This document shows, piece after piece, positions 21,071-29,397 of a stretch of DNA of 64,000 nt. The position numbers were made by a program, and so were the translations under genes. Below the pieces are notes generated by a model. That model ran no database searches, was not told where the DNA came from, and saw only the letters and a list, made by a program, of their open reading frames with translations. The stretch is taken from NCBI GenBank assembly GCA_001782035.1, contig MFNL01000001.1:84078-148077 (forward strand). The letters run 5' to 3'. Every line of letters starts with the position of its first letter. Positions within the stretch are counted from its first letter, which is position 1. The DNA is from Candidatus Levybacteria bacterium RIFCSPHIGHO2_01_FULL_37_17 (GTDB taxonomy: Bacteria; Patescibacteriota; Microgenomatia; Levybacterales; UBA12049).

Positions 21071-22627
21071 TTAATGAGTTCCTTGTATAAATTCAGTCGT
21101 AGGACTTTTTTCCAAAAGTGGTGAAGGATCAAGATTTTGCATCGCCGAAATAGTATAAGGTCCTTCGTCAACACCGAGCATGGTCGCACCCAATGCAATT
21201 CTTTCCCAATGGTTTAAGGTTTTTTGTGTCATAGATTCCTCATAAGTAAGTAATTCTTTAAATGTTTGTTCTCCTTCGGAAAAATATGGTAAGCCTGTGA
21301 GATATAGTCTTTTACTAATGAATTTAGTTCTAGGAGATGCTTCGCCGCCATAGGGCTTTAAGAATTTTTCTCCGTCTCTTGTAAAGAAAAACATTCCTCC
21401 TGGAGCTTCAAAAACCCCTCCTCCTATAGAACCCGAGCCATTAACTCCTGACATCCCTACAAGTATTGAAATTACAATATCATCTACCGCTCCTCCCTCT
21501 CCTATAATTGGGATTCCAAGTCTCCCCCTTAATTTCCAAGCCAATTCCGCATTGGCAGGAATCATTTGTGATCTTTCTGGAGTTGTGCATCTTGCTCCTC
21601 CTCCTACACCCTCAACTATGGCGTCAGCCCCTACTTGCTCGCATTCTAAAGCAATGTCCTCATTGGTAATCTGACTTGGAAAAAATTCGTCTTCGTCATC
21701 AAGCTCCTTTCTAAGTAGTTTTGTAGTTCCAATAATGTCTCTTCCAACTGAATGTCCGTATGGTCTAAAACTAGTAAGGCCAGCATCCTTAAGAAGAAAA
21801 GCCCTTTCTAAAGCTTTTCTTGGATGAACCTCCAAAACCCCTACGACGCAAGCCCTCCAATGATCAACAATAAATTTTTTCTCTTCATCAGACCGTCCTT
21901 CCAAAAGTGGGTCATCTATGGTCAGTCTTTCCATGACAGCTTTTGCTAATCTCGCTTGTACTTTAGGGTCAGAAAAAACTCCAACCTCAGGCACACCAAC
22001 TCTCATAAACATTTTTGCAGCGGTTTCAATCATTAAAACAGAGCCGTTAGTGTCTGGCATTGCCCCCATGTTTACAAAACTTCCAACCCTTTTCTTAGAT
22101 GTGAAAGAAAATGGCCCTTGCTCGAGCAAATCGGTTCTGTGAACTTGCTTGCTCTCTATTTTTCCGTTTACGCTATCACGGTTATGCCCAAGATCAGAAA
22201 GCTGGGGCGTAATTCCTCTTTCTATATATTCATCAATAACGCCCTTTCTTTTCTCGGGTTTTTTAAATCCTGCTTTTTCAAGTTCCATCATTGCGTGGAT
22301 TCTTGCAGGGTGATTTGCTAAACGTAAATTAGCTTCTCTTAAAGTTTTCCATCCCTCCAAATATTCTTCAGGCGGTATTGCAACTTCTAAACCTTCATAG
22401 TCATCATAAGGGGTAAGTAGTAATGGCTGATCTGCTTCGTGTGGAAGCAGCTCGGGAAATTTATCTGCCAGACCACCCTCGATTGCTTCTGCGAGCTTAT
22501 CTTCAAGTTGAGCTGGTATCGTAAAATCAATTTCTCTCTGCCTTCTTGAAAGGCGCGGATGATAAAACCTTTCTCCGTTATTTCGGATATCTTGGGCAAA
22601 TGTGGAATGTCTAGTTTCAACGCTCAT
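21071..22627 (-). CDS. Highly divergent IMP dehydrogenase/GMP reductase-family protein
   Basis: GVGGGARCTT (cf. GIGPGSICTT), IPIIGEGG (cf. VPVIADGG), KPYGGEAS (cf. KxYRGMGS), SEGE. Confidence 0.7.
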   Translation of the reverse strand: MSVETRHSTFAQDIRNNGERFYHPRLSRRQREIDFTIPAQLEDKLAEAIEGGLADKFPELLPHEADQPLLLTPYDDYEGLEVAIPPEEYLEGWKTLREANLRLANHPARIHAMMELEKAGFKKPEKRKGVIDEYIERGITPQLSDLGHNRDSVNGKIESKQVHRTDLLEQGPFSFTSKKRVGSFVNMGAMPDTNGSVLMIETAAKMFMRVGVPEVGVFSDPKVQARLAKAVMERLTIDDPLLEGRSDEEKKFIVDHWRACVVGVLEVHPRKALERAFLLKDAGLTSFRPYGHSVGRDIIGTTKLLRKELDDEDEFFPSQITNEDIALECEQVGADAIVEGVGGGARCTTPERSQMIPANAELAWKLRGRLGIPIIGEGGAVDDIVISILVGMSGVNGSGSIGGGVFEAPGGMFFFTRDGEKFLKPYGGEASPRTKFISKRLYLTGLPYFSEGEQTFKELLTYEESMTQKTLNHWERIALGATMLGVDEGPYTISAMQNLDPSPLLEKSPTTEFIQGTH

Positions 22628-22669
22628 TACCGAGCTATTCTACAATATTTATGCAAGAAGATAAAGAAG

Positions 22670-23104
22670 TCACCTTCTTGATAGCAGCTTTTTAATCCAC
22701 TTGTGGTCGTGGATCTCACTTATTACAAAAGCAAGGCTAAAAATTGCAAAAGTATAAATTATTGCATCTATGCTTATTCTTCCTAAATCATGCCAATAGA
22801 CATCGTCTAAATAAAGCCATAGTGCAAACTCGTCTATTGTTAAAGCAGCTCCAATGCCAAATAAAATAGCCATAACGTGTCTAACTCTATCTGATGCCCA
22901 AAACGAAATCCCGATATAGCCGCAAAAAAGTAGAAGTAAAATTCCAAAGACCAAATGGTGTATATGGATATCACCTGACTGATTTGGAATGAAGCCGAAT
23001 TTCTGAGCAACGGTTATAGTTCTTGCAATTGCAAATGTAACTATGAAAGCTGCAAGAATCAGTATTTGAGAGAGCCTATGACTTCTTAAAATCTTTTTAA
23101 GCAT
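22670..23104 (-). CDS. Integral membrane protein with HIHH motif
   Basis: IHIHHLVFG and GIGAALTIDEFALWLYL..VYW conserved-looking motifs; 4 TMs. Confidence 0.65.
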   Translation of the reverse strand: MLKKILRSHRLSQILILAAFIVTFAIARTITVAQKFGFIPNQSGDIHIHHLVFGILLLLFCGYIGISFWASDRVRHVMAILFGIGAALTIDEFALWLYLDDVYWHDLGRISIDAIIYTFAIFSLAFVISEIHDHKWIKKLLSRR

Positions 23105-23172
23105 ACTATAATTGAAGCACAAATAAAAAAATATTTCATTTTTACTTTGACAAGGGGAGTATAATAATAAAA

Positions 23173-23631
23173 ATGAAAGTAAAAAATGCTTTCAATAAAA
23201 AGGTAGGGTATATAACTTCAAACGCCACGCTCCTAGATGCCGCAAAATTCATCTTCGGACATAATCATAAAGGAATACCTGTTGTAAATACGTCTAAAAA
23301 AATTATCGGTTTTATAACTGAACAGGATATAATGTCGCAAATGTTTCCCAAGGCTGCGGATTTAATGGAAGACTATATTCATGAAAGAGATTTTGAAGCA
23401 ATGGAAAGCAATCTAAAAAATATCCTTATCCAAAAAGTAAAAAATGTTATGACAAAAAAACCAATAACAATTCATATAGACGATCCGCTTCTTAAGGCAG
23501 AATCAATTATGAAACTACATGATATTAGTAGACTTCCAGTAATTGATGATAAAGGGGTTTTAATAGGTATTATTTCAAAAGGCGATATCTTCAGAAGACT
23601 GATTAGCAGGAAAGTAAGAGGCTTTAAATAA
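23173..23631 (+). CDS. CBS-domain pair protein
   Basis: GIPVV...IIGFITEQD and RLPVID...LIGIISKGD. Confidence 0.9.
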   Translation: MKVKNAFNKKVGYITSNATLLDAAKFIFGHNHKGIPVVNTSKKIIGFITEQDIMSQMFPKAADLMEDYIHERDFEAMESNLKNILIQKVKNVMTKKPITIHIDDPLLKAESIMKLHDISRLPVIDDKGVLIGIISKGDIFRRLISRKVRGFK

Positions 23632-23640
23632 CGAATTAGC

Positions 23641-24903
23641 TTAATAGTCTTTTATATGGGCAGGAGCTTTCACAGGCTTGTAAAATAGGTTAAAAATTAC
23701 CCCGGCAAAAACTACAATAATAGCTGCAATAATAATGGGCGTGCTAGCTGAAAAAGCTGCAGCTATAAAACCAGAGATAACGGGAGGAAGAAGTTGTGCT
23801 AATGCTTGGACGCTTGCGTTAATTCCTAAAATTTCCCCCTGAATATGGGCATCTACAGATCTTGAAATTAATGCCCCCATATTTGAAAAAATTAATCCCA
23901 TAAAAAGAGCTTGAAACGGAATTATAAAATAAAGCCATAATGATACAGGAGTAAAATACACAAGCCCAATTGTTATACCTGTTGCAATTAGGCAAACCTT
24001 GAGTACCTGATTTTCCCTAAATCTTTTAGCAACCACCCCAGTAATTATAGATTGTGTAACTAAAAACCAAATTCCAAAAAAAGAAAAGAAATATCCGATA
24101 CCAGTTTGATCCCAAGAAAACTTATTAATTAAAAATATGCTCATAAAAGTAACGAAAAAAGTAAAACCTGAGAAAAACAAAAAATTTACCAAAAATAAAA
24201 ATCTAACGTTTTTAAGCTGGAAAGCTTTGGCAATATCGAGTAATGATTTATGCCACTCTATTATTCTCTCTTTGTTAATATATTTGTTTGTTTCTTTTAA
24301 AAATTTTCTAACTGAAAATGCGTTAATCAAGCTCATAAGCGCTGCGAAAAGAAAGGGAACAGTGGGATTAAAAAAAGGCAAAATTTTGGAGTCGGACAAA
24401 AATCCTCCTAAGAAAGGACCAAATATGAAACCAATAGAAAAAGCTGCTCCGATAAACCCGAAGTTTCTTGCTCTGTTTTGCGGTTTTGTAATATCTGCAA
24501 CTGCAGCCTGCGCAACAGAAATATTACCGCTTGCAACTCCAGCTACAGCACGTGATATAAAAAGAAGCGGAATGTTTTTTGTTGCAATTCCAAATGCGAA
24601 TAACAAATACGATGCGGAAGTAATAAAAAGAGTATTTTGAAGTATAGGCTTTCTCCCAATCTTGTCTGAAAACTGCCCAAGGATAGATGTTGCAAAAAGC
24701 TGGGTTAAGGGAAAAACTGCAGTAATTAATCCTAAGAGTATATACCCTGTTTTTACATCAACATTTCCAGGGAGTATATAAAAGTTAGATACGGGGTCTG
24801 CCAAAAGAAGGGGAATAATGGGAATTAAAATTGCAAATCCTAACGAATCAAGGAAAATCGTAAAAATAATAGTAAATAAGGGGTTTTTAATTATTTTCAT
24901 CAC
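23641..24903 (-). CDS. MFS efflux transporter (TetA/DHA1-like)
   Basis: FLDSLGFAILIP, GQFSDKIGRKP motif A, GFIFGPFLGG motif C. Confidence 0.9.
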   Translation of the reverse strand: MMKIIKNPLFTIIFTIFLDSLGFAILIPIIPLLLADPVSNFYILPGNVDVKTGYILLGLITAVFPLTQLFATSILGQFSDKIGRKPILQNTLFITSASYLLFAFGIATKNIPLLFISRAVAGVASGNISVAQAAVADITKPQNRARNFGFIGAAFSIGFIFGPFLGGFLSDSKILPFFNPTVPFLFAALMSLINAFSVRKFLKETNKYINKERIIEWHKSLLDIAKAFQLKNVRFLFLVNFLFFSGFTFFVTFMSIFLINKFSWDQTGIGYFFSFFGIWFLVTQSIITGVVAKRFRENQVLKVCLIATGITIGLVYFTPVSLWLYFIIPFQALFMGLIFSNMGALISRSVDAHIQGEILGINASVQALAQLLPPVISGFIAAAFSASTPIIIAAIIVVFAGVIFNLFYKPVKAPAHIKDY

Positions 24904-24921
24904 GAAGGGCTTATTATACTA

Positions 24922-25851
24922 TTATTTTGCGGCTTCTTCTAGAGTGGAGATATCAATCTTTTTCATCTTTAGCATCGCATTCATTACCCTATTTGATTTT
25001 TCTTTGTCTGGAGAATCAATTAGCTCTCCCATTCTTTTGGGAATTATTTGCCATGAGACTCCATATTTGTCTTTAAGCCATCCGCATACTTCTGAGGCAG
25101 GATCCGAAGATAGTTTCTCCCAATAGTAGTCCACTTCTTCCTGATCCTCGCAATTTACCATAAAAGATATCGCTTCCCCTGCAAAAGAGAACTTGTGTCC
25201 TGGATTAGCAGAATCCATTGCTGCAAACCACTGACCCTCAATCATAAAATCCGAAAACATAAGCGTCCCTTCTTTCTCCGGCTCCATTCCCGCAGGATAG
25301 CGCGCAATTTGTCCTTGTTTTGAATTTTTAAAGACTCCCTGGTAAAACTTTTCTGCTTCCTCCGCTTTTCCTGCGCTATCGCCAACAAACAAAAGTGATG
25401 GAACAATAAATGGTCGTTCATCCCCTTGCGGGTTTGTTAGCATTAACTGCCAGGAGACTCCAAATTTATCCTCGCACCATCCGTATTTTTCCGCAAAATC
25501 ATATTTTTGAAATTCCATAAGGACTTTCCCGCCTTCTGAAAGCTTGTCCCACATTTCTTCAATATTCTCCGTTGCGTTCTTGTCTTTTGAGGGGTCAAAA
25601 TTTAAAATAAAAGAGACTGAGGGATTAAATTTAAAAATTGGACCTCCGTCGAGGGCCATAAACCGGTATCCGTCTAGCTCAAAAATTCCGGTTAAGACTT
25701 TTCCTACCATTTGCGAAATCCCCGGAGTATTCATTCCCTTTTCGTACCGTTTTATCGATACAATCTTGGAATTGGGGAACACCGAAGTATAGAAGTTCAT
25801 CGCCTCTTCGCAATTATTATCAAACCAAAGGGAAGGAATTATTTTTTGCAT
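24922..25851 (-). CDS. VOC/PhnB (3-demethylubiquinone-9 methyltransferase-like) two-domain protein
   Basis: QKIIPSLWFD, YGWCEDKFGVSWQ, CGWLKDKYGVSWQ. Confidence 0.9.
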   Translation of the reverse strand: MQKIIPSLWFDNNCEEAMNFYTSVFPNSKIVSIKRYEKGMNTPGISQMVGKVLTGIFELDGYRFMALDGGPIFKFNPSVSFILNFDPSKDKNATENIEEMWDKLSEGGKVLMEFQKYDFAEKYGWCEDKFGVSWQLMLTNPQGDERPFIVPSLLFVGDSAGKAEEAEKFYQGVFKNSKQGQIARYPAGMEPEKEGTLMFSDFMIEGQWFAAMDSANPGHKFSFAGEAISFMVNCEDQEEVDYYWEKLSSDPASEVCGWLKDKYGVSWQIIPKRMGELIDSPDKEKSNRVMNAMLKMKKIDISTLEEAAK

Positions 25852-25854
25852 GAT

Positions 25855-26235
25855 TTATCCCTCGACCTCAGCTTCAAAACCACCATATGCCATTTTCTTC
25901 ATATCAAAAGGCATAGACATGTCTTTTGCGTCTTTATATTTTTCATTCATCTCATCCATTACCTTTTTGTTAACCTCATCGCGGTGCGCCTTGTCTCGAA
26001 ATACGATAAAAGAAAACCAAACATCCTCGTCTTCTGTTGCTCCGGCCATTTCCGGAAACGCTCGTGCTTTTTCATCTCCCATTTCCTGCGGTTTAAGGTC
26101 TTCTCCGCGGCATTCGAAGTATTCCAAAGCGCCGTGTCTCATCCATACTTCGTGGCCTTCTTCCGCCATTTTCTTGTATTCTTCAGTTTTATCTTTTGGA
26201 ACGACCAATACAAAACCGTCTACGTATTTTGCCAT
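25855..26235 (-). CDS. DUF1428 (YbaA) family protein
   Basis: YVDGFVLVVP, HGALEYFEC, MPFDMKKMAYGGF. Confidence 0.9.
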   Translation of the reverse strand: MAKYVDGFVLVVPKDKTEEYKKMAEEGHEVWMRHGALEYFECRGEDLKPQEMGDEKARAFPEMAGATEDEDVWFSFIVFRDKAHRDEVNKKVMDEMNEKYKDAKDMSMPFDMKKMAYGGFEAEVEG

Positions 26236-26236
26236 A

Positions 26237-26365
26237 TTATTTTTTGTGTTTAAAATATTCTATTTGCCTAAGCCTTTTTTGAGCTTCTGCTTCTGTTTTA
26301 TATGTTCCCATATTTCTTCCGCTCTCAGCAACTACGCGGTATCCTTCCTTAACTTTTCTAATCAT
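26237..26365 (-). CDS. 42-aa conserved-type small protein (not in ORF track)
   Basis: Manual translation MIRKVKEGYRVVAESGRNMGTYKTEAEAQKRLRQIEYFKHKK; stop lies 1 nt before the next ATG. Confidence 0.75.
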   Translation of the reverse strand: MIRKVKEGYRVVAESGRNMGTYKTEAEAQKRLRQIEYFKHKK

Positions 26366-26436
26366 ACATATAAAACGTATAGAAGATCAATTAGTAATAA
26401 ATTTCATGGAGAGTTCTTTCGCTTTCTATTTGCTAG

Positions 26437-27336
26437 TTAATTTTTATCGATGACGTTTTTTGGTTTACCTGAGAAAAAAGCTTCTATATTTTGAAGAGCG
26501 ATTTCCCTGCTATTAGCCGAAGCTTGCTTGGTAGAAAATGCTATATGCGGAGTTACAAGTATTTTAGGATTGCTGAGTACTTTCTTATAGAACTCATTTT
26601 GAGTGTCTCCTGGAATTTCCGGATCTGTGTCAATTGCCGCTCCTTTTACTACCCCTTTATCAATAGCTTTAATCAAGCCGTCTAAATCATAAGTGTGCCT
26701 TCTAACAAAAGAGACAAAATAAACGCCCTTTTTAAGTGAATTAAAAAAATTTCCATCAAGCAGATTTTTACTTGATGAGCTGGTATTTAGACAATTTATA
26801 ATTAACTCGGCATCTAATGACTTTTCTTTTAAGTTTTCTCCTCTTCTAAAAAAATCTACTTTCATTCCAAATACCTTGAGCACATCTCCTAGCTTGGTTC
26901 CGATACTTCCAGCTCCCACTATTAAAGCTTTCTTGCCATTTAGGCTTTCCTTTAGCTCGAAATCAAATTCATCTTTGGTTCTTAATACTTGAGGAAACTT
27001 TCTGAAAAGTGCGATAGTCATAAAAACAACCCATTCAATAATTGAATCTCTATTGCTGCCTTGTGTGTTGGCGACTAAAACTCCATTTTTCCGGAGTTTT
27101 TCAGAATCAAATAGACCAAGCTCGATGTATGGATATGTGACAAAAACGTTTTTAAGCTTTGACAAGTTTTCTAGAAGAAAAGAACCATCACTTGCAACGA
27201 CATCTGCACCTTTTGCGAATTTGATAAATTTTTCGGAGGAAGAAGGGCTATCATAAGATTTAACATCACCGAGCTTTTTCAAGCGGGCTTTTTGTTCATT
27301 CGAAAAATTTACACCCAGCACAACTATCTTTTTCAT
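26437..27336 (-). CDS. D-isomer-specific 2-hydroxyacid dehydrogenase family
   Basis: IVGAGSIG Rossmann motif; GAAID; VTPHIAF. Confidence 0.85.
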   Translation of the reverse strand: MKKIVVLGVNFSNEQKARLKKLGDVKSYDSPSSSEKFIKFAKGADVVASDGSFLLENLSKLKNVFVTYPYIELGLFDSEKLRKNGVLVANTQGSNRDSIIEWVVFMTIALFRKFPQVLRTKDEFDFELKESLNGKKALIVGAGSIGTKLGDVLKVFGMKVDFFRRGENLKEKSLDAELIINCLNTSSSSKNLLDGNFFNSLKKGVYFVSFVRRHTYDLDGLIKAIDKGVVKGAAIDTDPEIPGDTQNEFYKKVLSNPKILVTPHIAFSTKQASANSREIALQNIEAFFSGKPKNVIDKN

Positions 27337-27347
27337 TTGGGTAGATT

Positions 27348-27533
27348 CTAACTCTTTTGCTTTCTATTTGCCATCTCTTCCTGTAGTTTGTTTGAGAACT
27401 GATCTTTTCCTCTTTCAAAAGCTTGTTTTCTTGATTCTAAAACTGGATTCTCTCTTACTATTTCATACTCAGGCATTCCCTCATCTGTTGCTCGTTCTTG
27501 ATCTAATAAATCTCGTTCCCTTTCGTTTTCCAC
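27348..27533 (-). CDS. Small hypothetical protein
   Basis: GTG 6 nt after TGCTATAAT; C-terminus MANRKQKS* is encoded across the 20-bp repeat. Confidence 0.6.
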   Translation of the reverse strand: MENERERDLLDQERATDEGMPEYEIVRENPVLESRKQAFERGKDQFSNKLQEEMANRKQKS

Positions 27534-27552
27534 GCAGCAATTATAGCAGAAG

Positions 27553-27930
27553 TTATTTTACTTTTAAGATGGAAAGGATATTTCCTGCTGGGTCTTTAAA
27601 CCAGGCGATTTCCTGTCCCCATTCTCTGGATATTCCTTTTTCGTCTGTTTTAAAATCGGGGTATTGCTCAAAGACTACTCCTTTTTCGGTTAGCTCATCA
27701 ACCGCTTTCTCAACGTCTGAAACTGCAAAGTTAAGAACAGTGTAAGCTGCAGGCTCATGATTTTCTTTTGTATAAATCATAACTTTTCCTCCACCTGCAA
27801 ATTTAAGCATCAGCATTCCCATTTCTGTATCCTCCTCCACGTTTAATCCAAGAGTTTCTCCATAGAATTCTTTAGCTTTTACTAAATCGCTTACCGAAAA
27901 ACTTGAAAACGCGTGCGAAGATTTAAACAT
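27553..27930 (-). CDS. VOC/glyoxalase-bleomycin resistance family protein
   Basis: [30 protein letters not shown]. Confidence 0.9.
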   Translation of the reverse strand: MFKSSHAFSSFSVSDLVKAKEFYGETLGLNVEEDTEMGMLMLKFAGGGKVMIYTKENHEPAAYTVLNFAVSDVEKAVDELTEKGVVFEQYPDFKTDEKGISREWGQEIAWFKDPAGNILSILKVK

Positions 27931-27979
27931 ACACCTATTATAGCAGATGAGAAATTTTGCCTTCTATTTGCCAGAGGGT

Positions 27980-28588
27980 TTAAGCTTCGATGACCTGGTT
28001 TTTAGTATCTTGTACCAAGACCGCCTGTTGATCAGTTATGGGAATAATATTGTATTTTTTCCCATACTCTTTAATTACCTTATCATGCAGGGTGGAGTAT
28101 TTAGCATTTTTGAAATGTGGCAAGGTGACAAAATTTACTAATCCAAAACCAGTGGTAGACTCCAAATTTGCTTCATCTGGATCATCAAAGTCTTTAACAG
28201 CTTCTATATCCGGTCCAGCAATTACGGATCCGGCACTCGAGCCTATATAAACTACTCCCCGATCAAGTAATTGTCTGATGAGTTTATCAAAGCCACTTTT
28301 TCGGCATTTCTCAAGCAAATAAAAAGTATTCCCACCGGCAACGAAGATTAAATTGACATTTGATAAAATTTTTTTGAGATCTTCTTCGTTTTTATTCTTC
28401 AAATCCAGATCAAAAACATTAAATCCAAGCTCGACTAGCTTATTTCTATCATCATCCATCCAAGGCCTTTCTTTATATAAATCTGCAGCAGTAGGAATAA
28501 AAGCTACTGATAAGTTCTCTGGTTTATCTTTTAGAAGCGGTATTAATCTATGTAGAACGTTATATGCTTGTGAAGTTAAAAACAGCAT
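27980..28588 (-). CDS. pepE: Peptidase E (S51) / type 1 glutamine amidotransferase-like
   Basis: FIPTAA, GGNTFYL, GSSAGS, LPH. Confidence 0.85.
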   Translation of the reverse strand: MLFLTSQAYNVLHRLIPLLKDKPENLSVAFIPTAADLYKERPWMDDDRNKLVELGFNVFDLDLKNKNEEDLKKILSNVNLIFVAGGNTFYLLEKCRKSGFDKLIRQLLDRGVVYIGSSAGSVIAGPDIEAVKDFDDPDEANLESTTGFGLVNFVTLPHFKNAKYSTLHDKVIKEYGKKYNIIPITDQQAVLVQDTKNQVIEA

Positions 28589-28613
28589 GGGAAAATTTTA
28601 CTCCTTTTGCCTT

Positions 28614-28979
28614 CTATTTGCTAGAAGCTTCTGATTCGTTGATAAATCTTATATGTTCTTCGTTTTTTGGGTTAAATGCTGGAGTTGTTGTCAAAACCAT
28701 TTTCATTTTTCCAAAATAATGAATTCTAGTTTTTGGAGGAATTGCCAATATATCGGTTGGCTGTACTTCCACTTTTTCACCGTTTAGAAAAAATGTTCCT
28801 TTCCCTTCGATTATGTAATAAATGTACCAGCTTTTTTTATCTAAAAATTCCTGAAAATGACCTTTTTCTAAAGAAACATAAACTACGTTTGCAGATTTTA
28901 TATTTGTCGGATAAACAGTTAAATCTATTCCGTGTTTGTTAATTTTTTTTGCTTCTTTTGCTGAATATTTATATTTCAT
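28614..28979 (-). CDS. Cupin domain protein
   Basis: YYIIEGKG...IPPKTRIHY cupin barrel pattern. Confidence 0.8.
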   Translation of the reverse strand: MKYKYSAKEAKKINKHGIDLTVYPTNIKSANVVYVSLEKGHFQEFLDKKSWYIYYIIEGKGTFFLNGEKVEVQPTDILAIPPKTRIHYFGKMKMVLTTTPAFNPKNEEHIRFINESEASSK

Positions 28980-29006
28980 TAAAGAGATTATAGTTGATCT
29001 TGCCTT

Positions 29007-29396
29007 TTATTTGCCAGACTTTTCAGCAATAAGCTCTATTTCAATTAGCATTTTAGGATCAATTAATTGGTTAATTCCAACTAAAGTGCAGGCCGGTTTT
29101 GTTTGCTTAAAAGCTTCGCCAAATGCTTTATCGAATCCTTCAATTTGTGTAATATCAACCAAGTATGCTCTTACCAAAACTGTGTCTCCGATTTTAAATC
29201 CTTCTGAATTTACAACACTCGTAATTTTGCTAAAGATATTTTTTGATTGTGAATAAACATCGTCTCCAATTATTTCTCCTTTTTCGTCTTGACTTGTTGT
29301 TCCCGAAAAATAAATCCTCGTCTCATCAATTACGACAGCTCTTGAATAACCGACTCTTTCTTCAGATGGAGTATGTGTAGAAACTACTTTCCTCAT
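29007..29396 (-). CDS. RidA/YjgF family protein
   Basis: GYSRAV, SGTT, PACTLV, LIEIE. Confidence 0.88.
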   Translation of the reverse strand: MRKVVSTHTPSEERVGYSRAVVIDETRIYFSGTTSQDEKGEIIGDDVYSQSKNIFSKITSVVNSEGFKIGDTVLVRAYLVDITQIEGFDKAFGEAFKQTKPACTLVGINQLIDPKMLIEIELIAEKSGK

Positions 29397-29397
29397 T

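Larger units (their letters stand above)
26417..29017 (-). repeat. Five dispersed 20-bp repeats (consensus CTRGCAAATAGAARGCAAAA on - strand) at gene junctions
   Basis: Copies at 26417-26436, 27355-27374, 27955-27974, 28605-28624 and 28998-29017. Confidence 0.85.
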
